Of a DNA stretch of 64,000 nucleotides, positions 26,022-36,362 are shown one piece after another (within the stretch, counting starts at the first letter, position 1; each line of letters opens with the position of its first letter). The translations under genes and the position numbers were made by a program. The stretch lies in the IMG/VR virus record IMGVR_UViG_3300005288_000003, positions 1-64,000 of that record. One strand, given 5' to 3'. The notes under the pieces were generated by a model. The model was not told the DNA's origin. It did no database searches and saw nothing but the letters and a program-made list of their open reading frames with translations. This DNA comes from a virus.

Positions 26022-28712
26022 TTATAGGCTTCGTGCGACTTCTGTCCAAACCCCAGTCTTCGCTTGGACTAATCTTAGGATAGAAGAGCTGCTAGATGGT
26101 GTAAAGTTAGAACCATTAAGTCGTATCGTAGTACCATTATTTTGGATAGTGGTATTTACTGTCGAGAATGTGATCAGCAGTTCTTGATATAATGTCCCAC
26201 CAAGTATTGATGTAATCGTCTGAGCACTTGCGTGGTTGAAGTTAAGAATTCTTGCTGATTGTGTGTTTGTTACACCGCCAAGCGAGATTACTGGTGTTGG
26301 TGTTAGTGTAGCTACTGACACTCGCCCACCAACATCTCCTAACTGAATAACAGTATTGGTGTCCACAACGTTGGTGGAAAAGTTAGCATCGAATTCAGGA
26401 GTGTCTACCTTTATTCTGTTAGAGGCTACGTAACTTCCGTACATCTCGATACCTCTCCCACTAGCAACACCGTATGGGAGGATTGTCTTAAATAACGGTC
26501 TACGGAGTAGGAAACCTACTGAAGATGTGGTGTTACAAGCAACCCCACTACTGACGTTTTGGAATATCGGGCTATCAATCTCCACATTAACACCATCTAC
26601 ACAGTGTATTGAAAACTCATTATAACTCCCATCTTGTATCTTCCCACATTGGGTAAAATACGTACCAATGAATTTTATTTGGCGAGGTAAGTCGTTGGCA
26701 CCACCAGAATCAATTCTAAGACCGTTGAGCCTTGCCTGTTCATGTTGCTGACCAATAGATGTGAGTCCCAAAATCCCACCACCACACACCATACCATGTT
26801 GGTCCGATAGAGACGTCTGACCGCCTTGGAATATCAATGGGCCAAAAGTTCCTTGAGTTTGTGTCCCACGTCCTACTTGGATACCGTAACCCATCCTGTA
26901 AACATCTACGTTTAGGTAAGTTTTCATATTTATCTGACCACCGGACCCATCAGAGCAGATGTTCAATCCCGTCCCTGTCCACGAGCCAGTTCCTGAAGCT
27001 CCACCACGAATTAATCCATTCATGTGTAGAGTTTCCCAAGTTGTAGCCTCAGTAATACCGTTACCTGCTGGGTTTTGCACTTTAACTGTATAGTTCTTGA
27101 GGAAAATACTTCCCTGACTCCCTTGTAGGTTAAGTACGTGTGTGGTTTGATTACCACCGACTAAGTTGAAGTCCTCCATACTGAAGTAACCCCCCATTCC
27201 GGTTGGAAGTTCTACACTAAACACACCTTTAAGTTCGATAAGTGGTTTAGCTGAGCCGTTCACATGCACGAATGCACAACCTGTAGCTTCTAGGGCACCT
27301 GTCGCGTATCCGTTAGCCTGCCCGACGATCTTTGTGCGACCGGCATTGCCAGTCCACCCCGGATTAAGTGTGGCATCATAGTAGAGGTAGAGTGTATCAG
27401 TGAGGTACTTCTGGCCCGGAAGTGGTCTAATCTCAGAACCATTTTTGCTTGCCCAATTAAACATCCTCTGTAGTGCGGTTGTGTTCACCGTACCAGTGTT
27501 AGCGCCAAAGTTGTAATCGCCAACTGCCCCGAAGAATTCTGGTCTCAGGTATCCCGGATAACTCCGCTTCCACCGACCTGCTGCTGGGTTTCCAGTAGGT
27601 AGTACCACCATATCACTGGCTACTTCATTACTTGGTGCTGACCAATACCAATCACCCTCGCCACCATCACCGGGGGATGTATAACCAGCGAGTGATACTA
27701 CAAGAGTTCTTCCAGCTTTTAATGCAGGTACAGGTAGAGCCTGCAATGCAGCTAGATTCGAAAGTACAATTTTAGCGGTTGATAGGTCTGTTCCTATACC
27801 ACTACCTATGCTACCGGCACCACTACTAGGGTCGGACATGTTAGCCAGATTCGAAATATCAGCCTTCAGCGTTAAGGCAATTGCCTGAGCATTTGAGATG
27901 GGTTTGTCAGTATCAGAGGTATTGTCTACGTTTGGAAGACCGACAGCACTTTTATCAAGAGCCTGAAAAGTCTTATCACCACGCCAGTATTGACCAGTTG
28001 TACCAGCAGCGATTGCTGGCTCTTTAGTTCCAACAGTAGTGGCAAGGTTGTCAATATTAAACTGGAGTGTATTCGACGTAGCAGTTAGTGCAGCGGTGTC
28101 TGCTTTGGTGCTAACAATTGTGGAAAGTGAGTCAACATTAGTCTGAACAGTATTCACAGATGTGATGGACGCCTTCGTGTTAACTGTAGTTGTAAGGGCG
28201 CTCACATCAGCTTGTACGCCATCTACATCAGATTGAACAGCAGCCACACTTGCAGAAGAAGCCTTTGTGTCCACCAATGTAGATAGTCCGGCATTAGCAG
28301 TTTGTAGTCCAGTGATTAGTGTAGCCACGGCTGCAAATGAAGACGATACAGCCGCACCTTTGGCGTATTGTGTGTGAGGGTCGGCATTAAGCAAGTGTTG
28401 ACTCATTGCACTAGCTACACTGCCGACTGGCTCAGCCCCAACATCAGATGCACTGGGTAGTTTGTGTGCGTGATCGCCCCTAGCTGCCTGATCAGAGGCT
28501 CCAGCGGTTGGAGTCGATGAGAGCAACGCTGGAACTTGGTCTGAAAGAGGTACTGCGGGAGCTTTCAAACTGTCCAAGAAGTCCTGTACAGTGCCCGTGT
28601 TTCCGAGACTCAGCCAACTCTTGTAAGCGCTATCTCCAGTGTCCCCTTTCGGACCTCTAATGCGTACTGCGATATCAAGATCGCTCGATGTATCTACAAT
28701 GATATCTGCCAT
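26022..28712 (-). CDS. Tailspike / polysaccharide depolymerase (beta-helix)
   Basis: GPKGDTGDSAY..WL..GN.GT..DFL.SL N-terminus; GY..PGDGGEG, PEFFGAVGD...ALQ pectate-lyase-3-like entry; Gly/Asn-rich beta repeats. Confidence 0.8.
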   Translation of the reverse strand: MADIIVDTSSDLDIAVRIRGPKGDTGDSAYKSWLSLGNTGTVQDFLDSLKAPAVPLSDQVPALLSSTPTAGASDQAARGDHAHKLPSASDVGAEPVGSVASAMSQHLLNADPHTQYAKGAAVSSSFAAVATLITGLQTANAGLSTLVDTKASSASVAAVQSDVDGVQADVSALTTTVNTKASITSVNTVQTNVDSLSTIVSTKADTAALTATSNTLQFNIDNLATTVGTKEPAIAAGTTGQYWRGDKTFQALDKSAVGLPNVDNTSDTDKPISNAQAIALTLKADISNLANMSDPSSGAGSIGSGIGTDLSTAKIVLSNLAALQALPVPALKAGRTLVVSLAGYTSPGDGGEGDWYWSAPSNEVASDMVVLPTGNPAAGRWKRSYPGYLRPEFFGAVGDYNFGANTGTVNTTALQRMFNWASKNGSEIRPLPGQKYLTDTLYLYYDATLNPGWTGNAGRTKIVGQANGYATGALEATGCAFVHVNGSAKPLIELKGVFSVELPTGMGGYFSMEDFNLVGGNQTTHVLNLQGSQGSIFLKNYTVKVQNPAGNGITEATTWETLHMNGLIRGGASGTGSWTGTGLNICSDGSGGQINMKTYLNVDVYRMGYGIQVGRGTQTQGTFGPLIFQGGQTSLSDQHGMVCGGGILGLTSIGQQHEQARLNGLRIDSGGANDLPRQIKFIGTYFTQCGKIQDGSYNEFSIHCVDGVNVEIDSPIFQNVSSGVACNTTSSVGFLLRRPLFKTILPYGVASGRGIEMYGSYVASNRIKVDTPEFDANFSTNVVDTNTVIQLGDVGGRVSVATLTPTPVISLGGVTNTQSARILNFNHASAQTITSILGGTLYQELLITFSTVNTTIQNNGTTIRLNGSNFTPSSSSSILRLVQAKTGVWTEVARSL

Positions 28713-29039
28713 TTAAACCTCAGTGACACTTGGCAGTGTCTTGAAAGTTCCATAGATAATCTTGTGAGATTCGCCACTGGCCTCAGTCACGAACAAGTCG
28801 TACACCGAGAAGGTGATTATATCTTCCAAAGATTCATCTGGAATATTTAGTACAATAACATCCTCGCCTTCAAAAGAAAGACCAGATGTCAAATCTAGAG
28901 TCAAGAGTGCATCGGTATCACCATAGCGCTTCCTGACCTGCATCTTTGCAGTTGCACCTACAAGATTCAAACCAATGGCTTGTATACTTCTTTCGTAGGT
29001 GTCTCGTTGTTGTGTGACGATATCGTATTTAACAGCCAT
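28713..29039 (-). CDS. Putative tailspike adaptor (BppU-like)
   Basis: L.GATAKMQVR...VYDL.V.......KI.YG pattern; directly upstream of the tailspike. Confidence 0.55.
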   Translation of the reverse strand: MAVKYDIVTQQRDTYERSIQAIGLNLVGATAKMQVRKRYGDTDALLTLDLTSGLSFEGEDVIVLNIPDESLEDIITFSVYDLFVTEASGESHKIIYGTFKTLPSVTEV

Positions 29040-29049
29040 TGGTTTGTCC

Positions 29050-29607
29050 TTATGTAAAGCTGGCGTATGCAAGTGCCAACTTTGTATGATAGTTATTCTT
29101 AATATACTCAGGCCCGTTATACAACTTGGCAAACTTGGCCCAGTCTTTAGCTCGTAGTGCAGCCAGCATTCCCGGATTGATTTGAACAAACTTCACGAAG
29201 GTTCCAAGTTGCTTTCCTTCACTGGCGTATTGATCGTTGATGAAAGCTTGTACACTTGCATATCCAAGTGCCTTCCAATGGAATCCCATGATCTGGAACA
29301 AACCCCATGAAGCACTTTGCAAAGCACACTCACGATCTATAGCGACAGCTTTAGCAAGTCTTACATGTTCAGCAGCGCCTCCGAGATACCCTCCAGCTTT
29401 TGGATCGCAGACTTCGCTAAGTGTTGGCTCCTTGCCAGTCTTAGCTTTCAGAAGTTTGTACATCCAGTGGCGCTCGAAGAGAATCTTAGGTTCTCCCGAA
29501 GGAAGAAAGCCGCTTCCACAGCTCTCCACTTTGGTAACTGCCTTCACACATGCAACTTCAACGCCGAGAGTTGCAGCGGCGTTTCTGTAGTCGATTTCTG
29601 TTAGCAT
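29050..29607 (-). CDS. Endolysin, N-acetylmuramidase (DUF3380-like)
   Basis: AV..VES.G.GF, ILFERH, SASWGLFQIMGFH, FAKLYNGP.Y..N.Y. Confidence 0.9.
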   Translation of the reverse strand: MLTEIDYRNAAATLGVEVACVKAVTKVESCGSGFLPSGEPKILFERHWMYKLLKAKTGKEPTLSEVCDPKAGGYLGGAAEHVRLAKAVAIDRECALQSASWGLFQIMGFHWKALGYASVQAFINDQYASEGKQLGTFVKFVQINPGMLAALRAKDWAKFAKLYNGPEYIKNNYHTKLALAYASFT

Positions 29608-29608
29608 A

Positions 29609-31057
29609 TTAGTACCCGATAGCCATCCACTGGTATCCGCCTGTCCCGTAAGCCAGAGAGAATCCACTGTTGTTCTTATAACCAAGTCCAGAGCCTACAG
29701 CACCCAATGCGTTTGGTCCGTGAGTGACCGTGACCGAGCAAGACACTTTGTAAGGGATTCGGAAGTTCACCGATTGCCCTACCGAGATAGAGCCCCAGTT
29801 CATGATGGTCCCGTCTGGTAGTTGAGTAGCACCACCACTGTCATCAATGTTATGGCTAAAGATAATGTCCCCTGCTGGGTTCAAAAGCCCAACAACGTTC
29901 TTAGTCGCTGCACTTCCGAGATACAGGTTGTTACGAGCAGCTTGAACGTTTGTAAGGTCCGCAAGGTTGTTACCACGCCACAAGAAAGCTTCTGCTGGAG
30001 ACAGAGCAGCAGATTGAAGTCCAAGGTTAGTACGAGCAGCAGCTTGGTCAGAAACTCCTGCAAGGTTATCAGATTTGAACATAACCGCAGAAGGTGCAGT
30101 AGTTGCCAGCGATGTCAGTCCAAGGTTAGTACGGGCTGTCGCTGGGATAATATCCGACAGGTTGTTCGCTGTACGCAGGAAGTACGACTCTGGACGAATA
30201 GCAGTGCTTGTCAGTCCAAGGTTGTTACGAGCGTTGGTTGCGTCCGTGATATCGCTCAGATTGTTAGCGCTCAGTAGGACATCTGCTTGATCCAGAGTTG
30301 CTGTAGTTCCAAGTCCGAGGTTGGTACGGGCGGTTGCAATGTTTGCCAGTCCTGCCAAGTTTCCAGACTTCTTCAAGAGAACAACACCAGCCTTCAATGG
30401 TGTAATGGCTTTAGTGTCATCTGTTCCAGCTTCGGTATCGCCATTGGTTGCAATGCGAACTACACCAAGGATTGTTTCGGTCGCCTGTAGAAGCAGACTG
30501 CTCAATTGTCCTAGCGGTACTGCGTGAGCTGGAAGTGTTGCGGTTGCTACGCTGAAAGGCTGTGAAGCCAATCCCGCCAAAGCGGCATAACGTGCATCAC
30601 TCTCTGCACGACTCCACACTGACAAGTTAGAACGAGCCAACACAGGGTTGCCAATTCCAGCAAGTGTAGAGTAGTTTGTCAGGTGTTGTGTAAGTTGGTT
30701 TTGAACAACAGCAACACTACCGTAAGCTTCGAAGGCTCGTACCCAATAGAGACTGTTCAATGGGTTAGATGGGTTGAAGTTCTTGTGAGTTGTAAGGCAC
30801 TTGTAGATGTATCCATCGGAGCCTTGTGTGTAGCTCAAGTTACCCTGATATTCCGTTTCAGAGTCCCATTCTGGAACACCATGTTGGTTGAGGTGGGCGA
30901 TGAATGTGTCTTGTCTGTTGTCAAGCCAGTTTTGGTACTGGTATGGTGGAAGTTCAACCACCCATCCAATGTTAGATTTAACCAGACCCGGATCAACCTT
31001 AGTCCCACCCGCAGCCCATAGTTGGTTAATTCCTGATGGTTTTACGATATTAGCCAT
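29609..31057 (-). CDS. Tail fibre protein 2
   Basis: N-terminal anchor (WA..G...GW...P...NW...GVPEWD); repeated NNLSD...ARTNLGL units; LPDGTIMNWG C-terminal domain. Confidence 0.85.
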   Translation of the reverse strand: MANIVKPSGINQLWAAGGTKVDPGLVKSNIGWVVELPPYQYQNWLDNRQDTFIAHLNQHGVPEWDSETEYQGNLSYTQGSDGYIYKCLTTHKNFNPSNPLNSLYWVRAFEAYGSVAVVQNQLTQHLTNYSTLAGIGNPVLARSNLSVWSRAESDARYAALAGLASQPFSVATATLPAHAVPLGQLSSLLLQATETILGVVRIATNGDTEAGTDDTKAITPLKAGVVLLKKSGNLAGLANIATARTNLGLGTTATLDQADVLLSANNLSDITDATNARNNLGLTSTAIRPESYFLRTANNLSDIIPATARTNLGLTSLATTAPSAVMFKSDNLAGVSDQAAARTNLGLQSAALSPAEAFLWRGNNLADLTNVQAARNNLYLGSAATKNVVGLLNPAGDIIFSHNIDDSGGATQLPDGTIMNWGSISVGQSVNFRIPYKVSCSVTVTHGPNALGAVGSGLGYKNNSGFSLAYGTGGYQWMAIGY

Positions 31058-31096
31058 TCGATTTCTCCAATAGAAGAAGGGGCCAGAGCCCCGTTA

Positions 31097-31519
31097 TTAT
31101 TTAGCGTCTGGTGCGAGTGGCATAACTTCAGGGAAGCTGTCCGTATCAGGCCATACGCGAAGGGCTACGCGATATGCTCGCCATGCCTTTTGAGTTCCAA
31201 TCCCTGTCTCACCATCTTGTACTCTGTTGAGCATAATGTCAGCACGGGTTAGTTCGCCGTCTCGGAGAGTTCTGGCTTCTTTGCATGCTGCTTCTACCAA
31301 GTCTTCTTCGGTAGGTTGATCTGGAGTTTCCAGCATTAAACTAACTACCCACTTACCACCAATGAATCTACAATCTTGTGTCTTATAGTGGAACTCTGGT
31401 GGAGCTTCTTGAGTAGAGCATGCCGGGATGTGATACACCCCCGGCTCTAGTGGAGACTCAAAGGCATCTGTGATGCCAGTGAACTTCAGTGTGTTTTGGT
31501 CATAACCATAGACGATCAT
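31097..31519 (-). CDS. Tail fibre assembly chaperone
   Basis: ESPLEPGVYHIPA.ST..APP; LRD..L..AD...W.AYR.ALR.WP. Confidence 0.8.
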   Translation of the reverse strand: MIVYGYDQNTLKFTGITDAFESPLEPGVYHIPACSTQEAPPEFHYKTQDCRFIGGKWVVSLMLETPDQPTEEDLVEAACKEARTLRDGELTRADIMLNRVQDGETGIGTQKAWRAYRVALRVWPDTDSFPEVMPLAPDAK

Positions 31520-31530
31520 ATTAAGTCCTC

Positions 31531-33765
31531 TTAGTATTTAATGCAGGCAAGCAACGCAATGTTCTTCATTACAGTTTCTACACCACCAGTGTTGTTGATT
31601 GTAATACCAGTTTGCTTCGAACCCGTGTTACCCCCGCCCGCCAATGCACCAAATACCCCACCAGCAGTATATGCTGTGCCTTGTGTGGCGTTTGTCTGAG
31701 CGTGGAAGTGACTTGGGTCATTGATGGTGTGTCCGTGAGAACCTAGGCCATCAGCTTCGTAACTACCGAATACACGGTTTGCGTTCAACCCTCTACCATT
31801 ATCCCAACCTCTGGCAGCAACACCACGACCATCAGGCACGTTGAATGTTGTACTACCATCACCAACACCGAAGGGGCAAATTACAACAGAGGTAACAGTT
31901 GCGTTAGTGTTTGCAGAGATTGTAATACTGGTTCCGTTTGGAACTGTAACAACAGTGGCACCGGCTGGAATACCTGTACCAGAGAGAGGCATGCCCACCC
32001 ACATAGAGCTTGTAGATGCGAACCCTCCGATAGTTGTAGTACCAGAAGAAGCAGAACATGTAGCAGTTACTGTAATTGCAGAAAACAAAGCTGCGTAAGT
32101 TGTACGAGATACAGCAGCGCCGTTCGCCCCTAGATAGCCAGTTGGTGGAGTCATTGTGGCAAACCAATCCATCAGGCCCGGTTGTAGAGCAGTACCAGCA
32201 GAGATAGCAGCAGCCACGAAGGCTGTAGAAGCAGCTTGTGTATTGTTTGTGCCGGGAGCCGCTGTTGGAACAAGCGGAGTTCCAGTAAACGTCGGAGACG
32301 CTTCAAGAGCAACGTTGCCGAGGTCTGTTGTATCGATTGTGAGCTTGAGCTTAGAACCTGCACTCCAGCCTAGTTTAACCACGTTAGATGTCTGACCGAC
32401 GCCAGTACCTTGTTGAACTGGTGTGAAGCCCAAGAGGTTTTGCTTGGTATCTAATGCAGCCTGCTGAGCTGTAGACACTGGTTTGTTTACGTCGCTGGTG
32501 TTATCGACGTTACCCAGTCCAATGGCTTTACCGTTGAAGCGGTTGTAACCCAAACAAACCCAACTGCCACTGCCGTTGGACAGCATTTCTGCCGAGTCAC
32601 CCGATTGAGTCAGGATGTTGGCTGCTGTTGGCAGGTTAATTACAGATGCGTTGTGGGTTAGAGTCAGTCCACCACCGAAGTAAACAGTACGACGTGTTCC
32701 CGCCACCACTGTATCGAATGCAGTGATAGTTGTTGAACCAGTGATCAGGATAATGTTACCAGCAGCCGCACCGATGTTTACAGTGGCAGCAGAAGCGAGG
32801 GTTACAACAGCTTCATTGAGAGCCCCAGCCAAAGCAGTAACGCCGTTAAGCGTAACACCGGATAGCGATGTGATGTCCGTGTTGGCACCAGACTTTGCAG
32901 CCGAAAGTGTAGCGCGTGCGGTTGCAGCGTCTACGTCGTCCAAGATTGTACGGGCAAATGGAGTTAGAGCTGTTTGTGCAAAGGTGTCAGTACCTGTAGA
33001 GTATACAAGTTGGTTAACACCAGTAGCAATCCCAGCAAGGGCTGTCAGTGTAGCGTCCAGTGGTTGTTTGGTTGCATCACCAGCGGCGATTGCACTGTCA
33101 ACTTCTGCTGCGCTGTACACTGACAGAGTTGTACGGGCGGATGCAGCATCAACAGGAGCCAACAAACTGCGACCGAAGGCAGTCAAGGTAGTACCTGTCA
33201 TCGATGTGCTGCTATCGAAGTAAGGGAGTACGTTGACTGCTGGTGTCACGTTGGACAGGGATGTCAAGTTAGTTGCGGCAAGCTGTGCTCCGAGAGTTGT
33301 ACGGGCTGCTGCTGCATCAACATCGTCAACCAATGTACGAGCAAATGCGGTGAAGGTTGTTACTGCGGAAGTTGATGCTCCAGTGTAGTACGGGAGTTTA
33401 TCAGCAGCAGGGGTTAGAACTTTCAGTGCCTCAAGGGCTACAGCACTCTCTACGAACGCTTTAGTCCAATAGGTGGTAGCGGTAGCTGGGTCTTGGTTTG
33501 TGCATGTCAGAATGCACTTGTAGATGATGTTGTTACGTTGCACATAAGATTTGTTGGTCAGGTATTCGGTGAATTGATCCCACTCTGGAATACCCTTTTG
33601 AAGCATGTACGCGATGTTGGTGTCTTGACGGTTTTCAAACCAGTTCCACCATTGACGGGGAACAGCTTCAACTGCCCAGCCCGCTCTTACTTTCGCAGAT
33701 TCTGGAGCAACAACGTCACCAGCGACGGCCCAAATGTCCGTCATGTCCTGCTTGATAATATCCAT
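31531..33765 (-). CDS. Tail fibre protein 1
   Basis: Same N-terminal anchor; FARTL.DD.DAAAARTTL repeats; tail-collar domain PTGYL.ANGAAVSRTTYAALF...FNVPD.RG...RGWD. Confidence 0.9.
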   Translation of the reverse strand: MDIIKQDMTDIWAVAGDVVAPESAKVRAGWAVEAVPRQWWNWFENRQDTNIAYMLQKGIPEWDQFTEYLTNKSYVQRNNIIYKCILTCTNQDPATATTYWTKAFVESAVALEALKVLTPAADKLPYYTGASTSAVTTFTAFARTLVDDVDAAAARTTLGAQLAATNLTSLSNVTPAVNVLPYFDSSTSMTGTTLTAFGRSLLAPVDAASARTTLSVYSAAEVDSAIAAGDATKQPLDATLTALAGIATGVNQLVYSTGTDTFAQTALTPFARTILDDVDAATARATLSAAKSGANTDITSLSGVTLNGVTALAGALNEAVVTLASAATVNIGAAAGNIILITGSTTITAFDTVVAGTRRTVYFGGGLTLTHNASVINLPTAANILTQSGDSAEMLSNGSGSWVCLGYNRFNGKAIGLGNVDNTSDVNKPVSTAQQAALDTKQNLLGFTPVQQGTGVGQTSNVVKLGWSAGSKLKLTIDTTDLGNVALEASPTFTGTPLVPTAAPGTNNTQAASTAFVAAAISAGTALQPGLMDWFATMTPPTGYLGANGAAVSRTTYAALFSAITVTATCSASSGTTTIGGFASTSSMWVGMPLSGTGIPAGATVVTVPNGTSITISANTNATVTSVVICPFGVGDGSTTFNVPDGRGVAARGWDNGRGLNANRVFGSYEADGLGSHGHTINDPSHFHAQTNATQGTAYTAGGVFGALAGGGNTGSKQTGITINNTGGVETVMKNIALLACIKY

Positions 33766-33782
33766 TGAAATTGTCCTCTGTG

Positions 33783-34514
33783 TTATGTGATAAGGTTAGA
33801 AAGAATACCGCCAGAACTCGGGTCGTTTAGATCGCCAGTACCGATACCACCGGGAAAACCCTCAGTAGCAAATACACGATCAGATTGGAACTCAGAGTAG
33901 GAGTATTCAACACCAACAGTTTTAGGAAGAAGGTTCCCAACGCCACCAAGCCCGAACAGAAGTCCTCGCTCGACAGCGGATAGAATTTTACCGATACCAA
34001 TACGGGCACGAGCGCCCGTAAGTTCGGTGATTGTTACTTGCGAAGCTCCGAAGAGGAACTTGTAAGCTTCAATGACATCCTCTGGAGTTGCCATTGTTCT
34101 GTTCTTGATGATCTTGGCCTTGAGCAGCAATCTATATTCATCATCAGATGGTTCACGGCTCAATCCAGTTGGAGCGCCAATAGAGTACCAAGGGGCACCA
34201 ATGGAAGGGTCTGTAAGAGAACCGAAGCTCCCACCTTGTGTTGCACCTTGGAACCCGAAGTATTCAAATAGCTCAGAGTAGACAAGACCGCGTGGGCGCC
34301 CAATGATGATGCCAATGACATCCAACTGAACTCCTACCGCTGTATCCAGAGAGCGAAGAGTCATTACATCTTCCATTACTTCCTGTAGTTCGCTCTTGCC
34401 TTCGATAAGCAGTTTCAGGTACTTGTCCATAACGGGCTTACCACGGAACTCATCGGTGATCCGCGCTCTTGCAACGTCTAGAAATTGTTCAGTTTGAAAT
34501 TCATTAATAGCCAT
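33783..34514 (-). CDS. Baseplate wedge protein (DUF2612-like)
   Basis: LDTAVGVQLD.IG.IIG..R, DDEYR.LLKAKI.KN. Confidence 0.8.
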   Translation of the reverse strand: MAINEFQTEQFLDVARARITDEFRGKPVMDKYLKLLIEGKSELQEVMEDVMTLRSLDTAVGVQLDVIGIIIGRPRGLVYSELFEYFGFQGATQGGSFGSLTDPSIGAPWYSIGAPTGLSREPSDDEYRLLLKAKIIKNRTMATPEDVIEAYKFLFGASQVTITELTGARARIGIGKILSAVERGLLFGLGGVGNLLPKTVGVEYSYSEFQSDRVFATEGFPGGIGTGDLNDPSSGGILSNLIT

Positions 34515-34527
34515 CTTGCCTCCTGCG

Positions 34528-35982
34528 TTATGAAATTGTTACGGTGATGTTAGCTGGAAGGAAGGTAGCAACTTCGTCGAAGTCGATAGCGATGTTACTT
34601 GTTCCAGTTGGACTTGGACTTGTGCCGATGTACAGCGAGTTGACCATGTGTCCCGGTACAGCGTTGATCGGAGTGTAAAGACGTGAATAAACTACATCGT
34701 CACTGATGAAGTTACCTGCCTCGCCGAAGTCAATCAAGTTCTGTCTGATCTGTGCAGTAGCATCACCCGCCAAAGTCCCCAAGCTTGTGATGTCTACGGA
34801 GATATAGATTGGAACCTCTGTAGGACGCTTGTACGAAACGTTATGTACAAATCCAATGCTGTCTACAATCTGCACCGTAGTTTCGCCGTAAGAAAGAATA
34901 CCCGTTGGCTTGTTTGTCCAGATGGCTTTACCGATATCAGTTGGAAGTCCACCAAGAACAATCGGCATGAACGCTTTAGGCGGAACACCTTCTGCGCTTG
35001 TGAACTCTGTGTCGTTCTCGTAAACGATAACGTCTGTGACACCTGCAACGTTACGAAGGGCGTCGATCAGGGCTTCAAGGATATTGGTCGATTGAACGAA
35101 CTTGCTGTTACGGAAGCGCTCGCGAAGCTCAGGGTCAGTTTCTTGGAGACGACCTGTAGTCGCAGCTACTGGGTTGACGATACTATCCCAGCCAGAGATA
35201 GGCACGGAGATTGTGTCGATGGACATTGTAGGTTGCGGGAACGGGCCAACCTGATCATCCTGTGCAATCCCAAGCTTAATCACTTTCTCAATGCGAAGGT
35301 TCAGGCTAACAGAGAACGTGGCGATCTGGAATGGATCTGTACGTGATACGAATAGTCTACCATCCTGATAGTAAGTTGTAAAGAGGGAAGAGAACAAAGT
35401 ATCGATTTCTGCCTTCAAAAGTGCCAAAATAGATGATTGTGTCGCTCCAACTCCAGAGTTTACCGTTGCATCGATATAGTTCACACCGTCTGTTGAGTAG
35501 CTGAATGTGTAGTCTGTGTTGTCCAATGTTGAAAGAACTACCAGACCGACGCCAGAAGCATTCTGCGGAGACAGCACTACTGGGTTGAGGATGCTGAACA
35601 CACGCTGTGTAGTGCTGCTGTAAGCCTTCCCAAGCGGGCTTGAGATTATAGCGTTGATATCCCCTTCCAACAGCACTTGGGCACGAGTAGGCTGAGCAAC
35701 AAGGCGGTTGATGCCTGACAAAGCAACGATGTTATCCAGCGATACACCGATGGCTGTGTTTGGGTTGAAGCTGTTGTAGATTTGTTGAAGAGCTTCCCAT
35801 AGAGAAGCTTCCGATGGTGCCATAACGCCGATCATACGACCGAGAGCAGAGTTGTCACTTACGTCAACAACATCCCCAGCAGGTACAAGGTCAGCGAAGA
35901 TATCTGCTGCACGTGTACGGCTGTCGTTAAGTACATCATCAATTGTTTTGATTTCCAAGCCAGTTGCGGACAAACCTGCCAT
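34528..35982 (-). CDS. Baseplate J-like wedge protein
   Basis: A.G.SLD.I..L.GI.R, G...ETD.ELR.R, V.GV. Confidence 0.85.
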   Translation of the reverse strand: MAGLSATGLEIKTIDDVLNDSRTRAADIFADLVPAGDVVDVSDNSALGRMIGVMAPSEASLWEALQQIYNSFNPNTAIGVSLDNIVALSGINRLVAQPTRAQVLLEGDINAIISSPLGKAYSSTTQRVFSILNPVVLSPQNASGVGLVVLSTLDNTDYTFSYSTDGVNYIDATVNSGVGATQSSILALLKAEIDTLFSSLFTTYYQDGRLFVSRTDPFQIATFSVSLNLRIEKVIKLGIAQDDQVGPFPQPTMSIDTISVPISGWDSIVNPVAATTGRLQETDPELRERFRNSKFVQSTNILEALIDALRNVAGVTDVIVYENDTEFTSAEGVPPKAFMPIVLGGLPTDIGKAIWTNKPTGILSYGETTVQIVDSIGFVHNVSYKRPTEVPIYISVDITSLGTLAGDATAQIRQNLIDFGEAGNFISDDVVYSRLYTPINAVPGHMVNSLYIGTSPSPTGTSNIAIDFDEVATFLPANITVTIS

Positions 35983-35983
35983 G

Positions 35984-36352
35984 TTAGACTCCTACGTCGA
36001 TGGTAATTGGAAGCGATGCCGTGTTATCTGACACTCGCACTTGGAATGTCATGGAATAGCCACGGTCGCTTGGTGATAGTGAGGATTCAAACGATAGGAT
36101 TTCAATTACGTCGGTATCCGTAGAAATGATCCGTTGGAAGATCAAATCGATTGTTACCTTGCTTCGAATCTTACCGAAGATTTGTTGGAAGTATGGAACC
36201 CCGACTGTTGTGTCAAGGAACCATTCCCCGAGGAACGTGTACATTGTGATCTTTAGGCGCTGTGCCACAACATCAACAAGAAGCTGTGTAACTGGGCACT
36301 TACCGTTCACGAACACAATGTCGTGTGTATCTTTGTTGAGTAGCAAATCCAT
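35984..36352 (-). CDS. Baseplate gp25-like protein
   Basis: QRLKI....FLGEWFLD...GVPY. Confidence 0.75.
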   Translation of the reverse strand: MDLLLNKDTHDIVFVNGKCPVTQLLVDVVAQRLKITMYTFLGEWFLDTTVGVPYFQQIFGKIRSKVTIDLIFQRIISTDTDVIEILSFESSLSPSDRGYSMTFQVRVSDNTASLPITIDVGV

Positions 36353-36362
36353 CTTGTATTCC

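Noticed and set aside
29609-33765. Tail-fibre repeats as a DGR or invertible shufflon
   Set aside because: The repeats are protein-level fibre units; no reverse transcriptase, invertase or TR/VR pair is visible.
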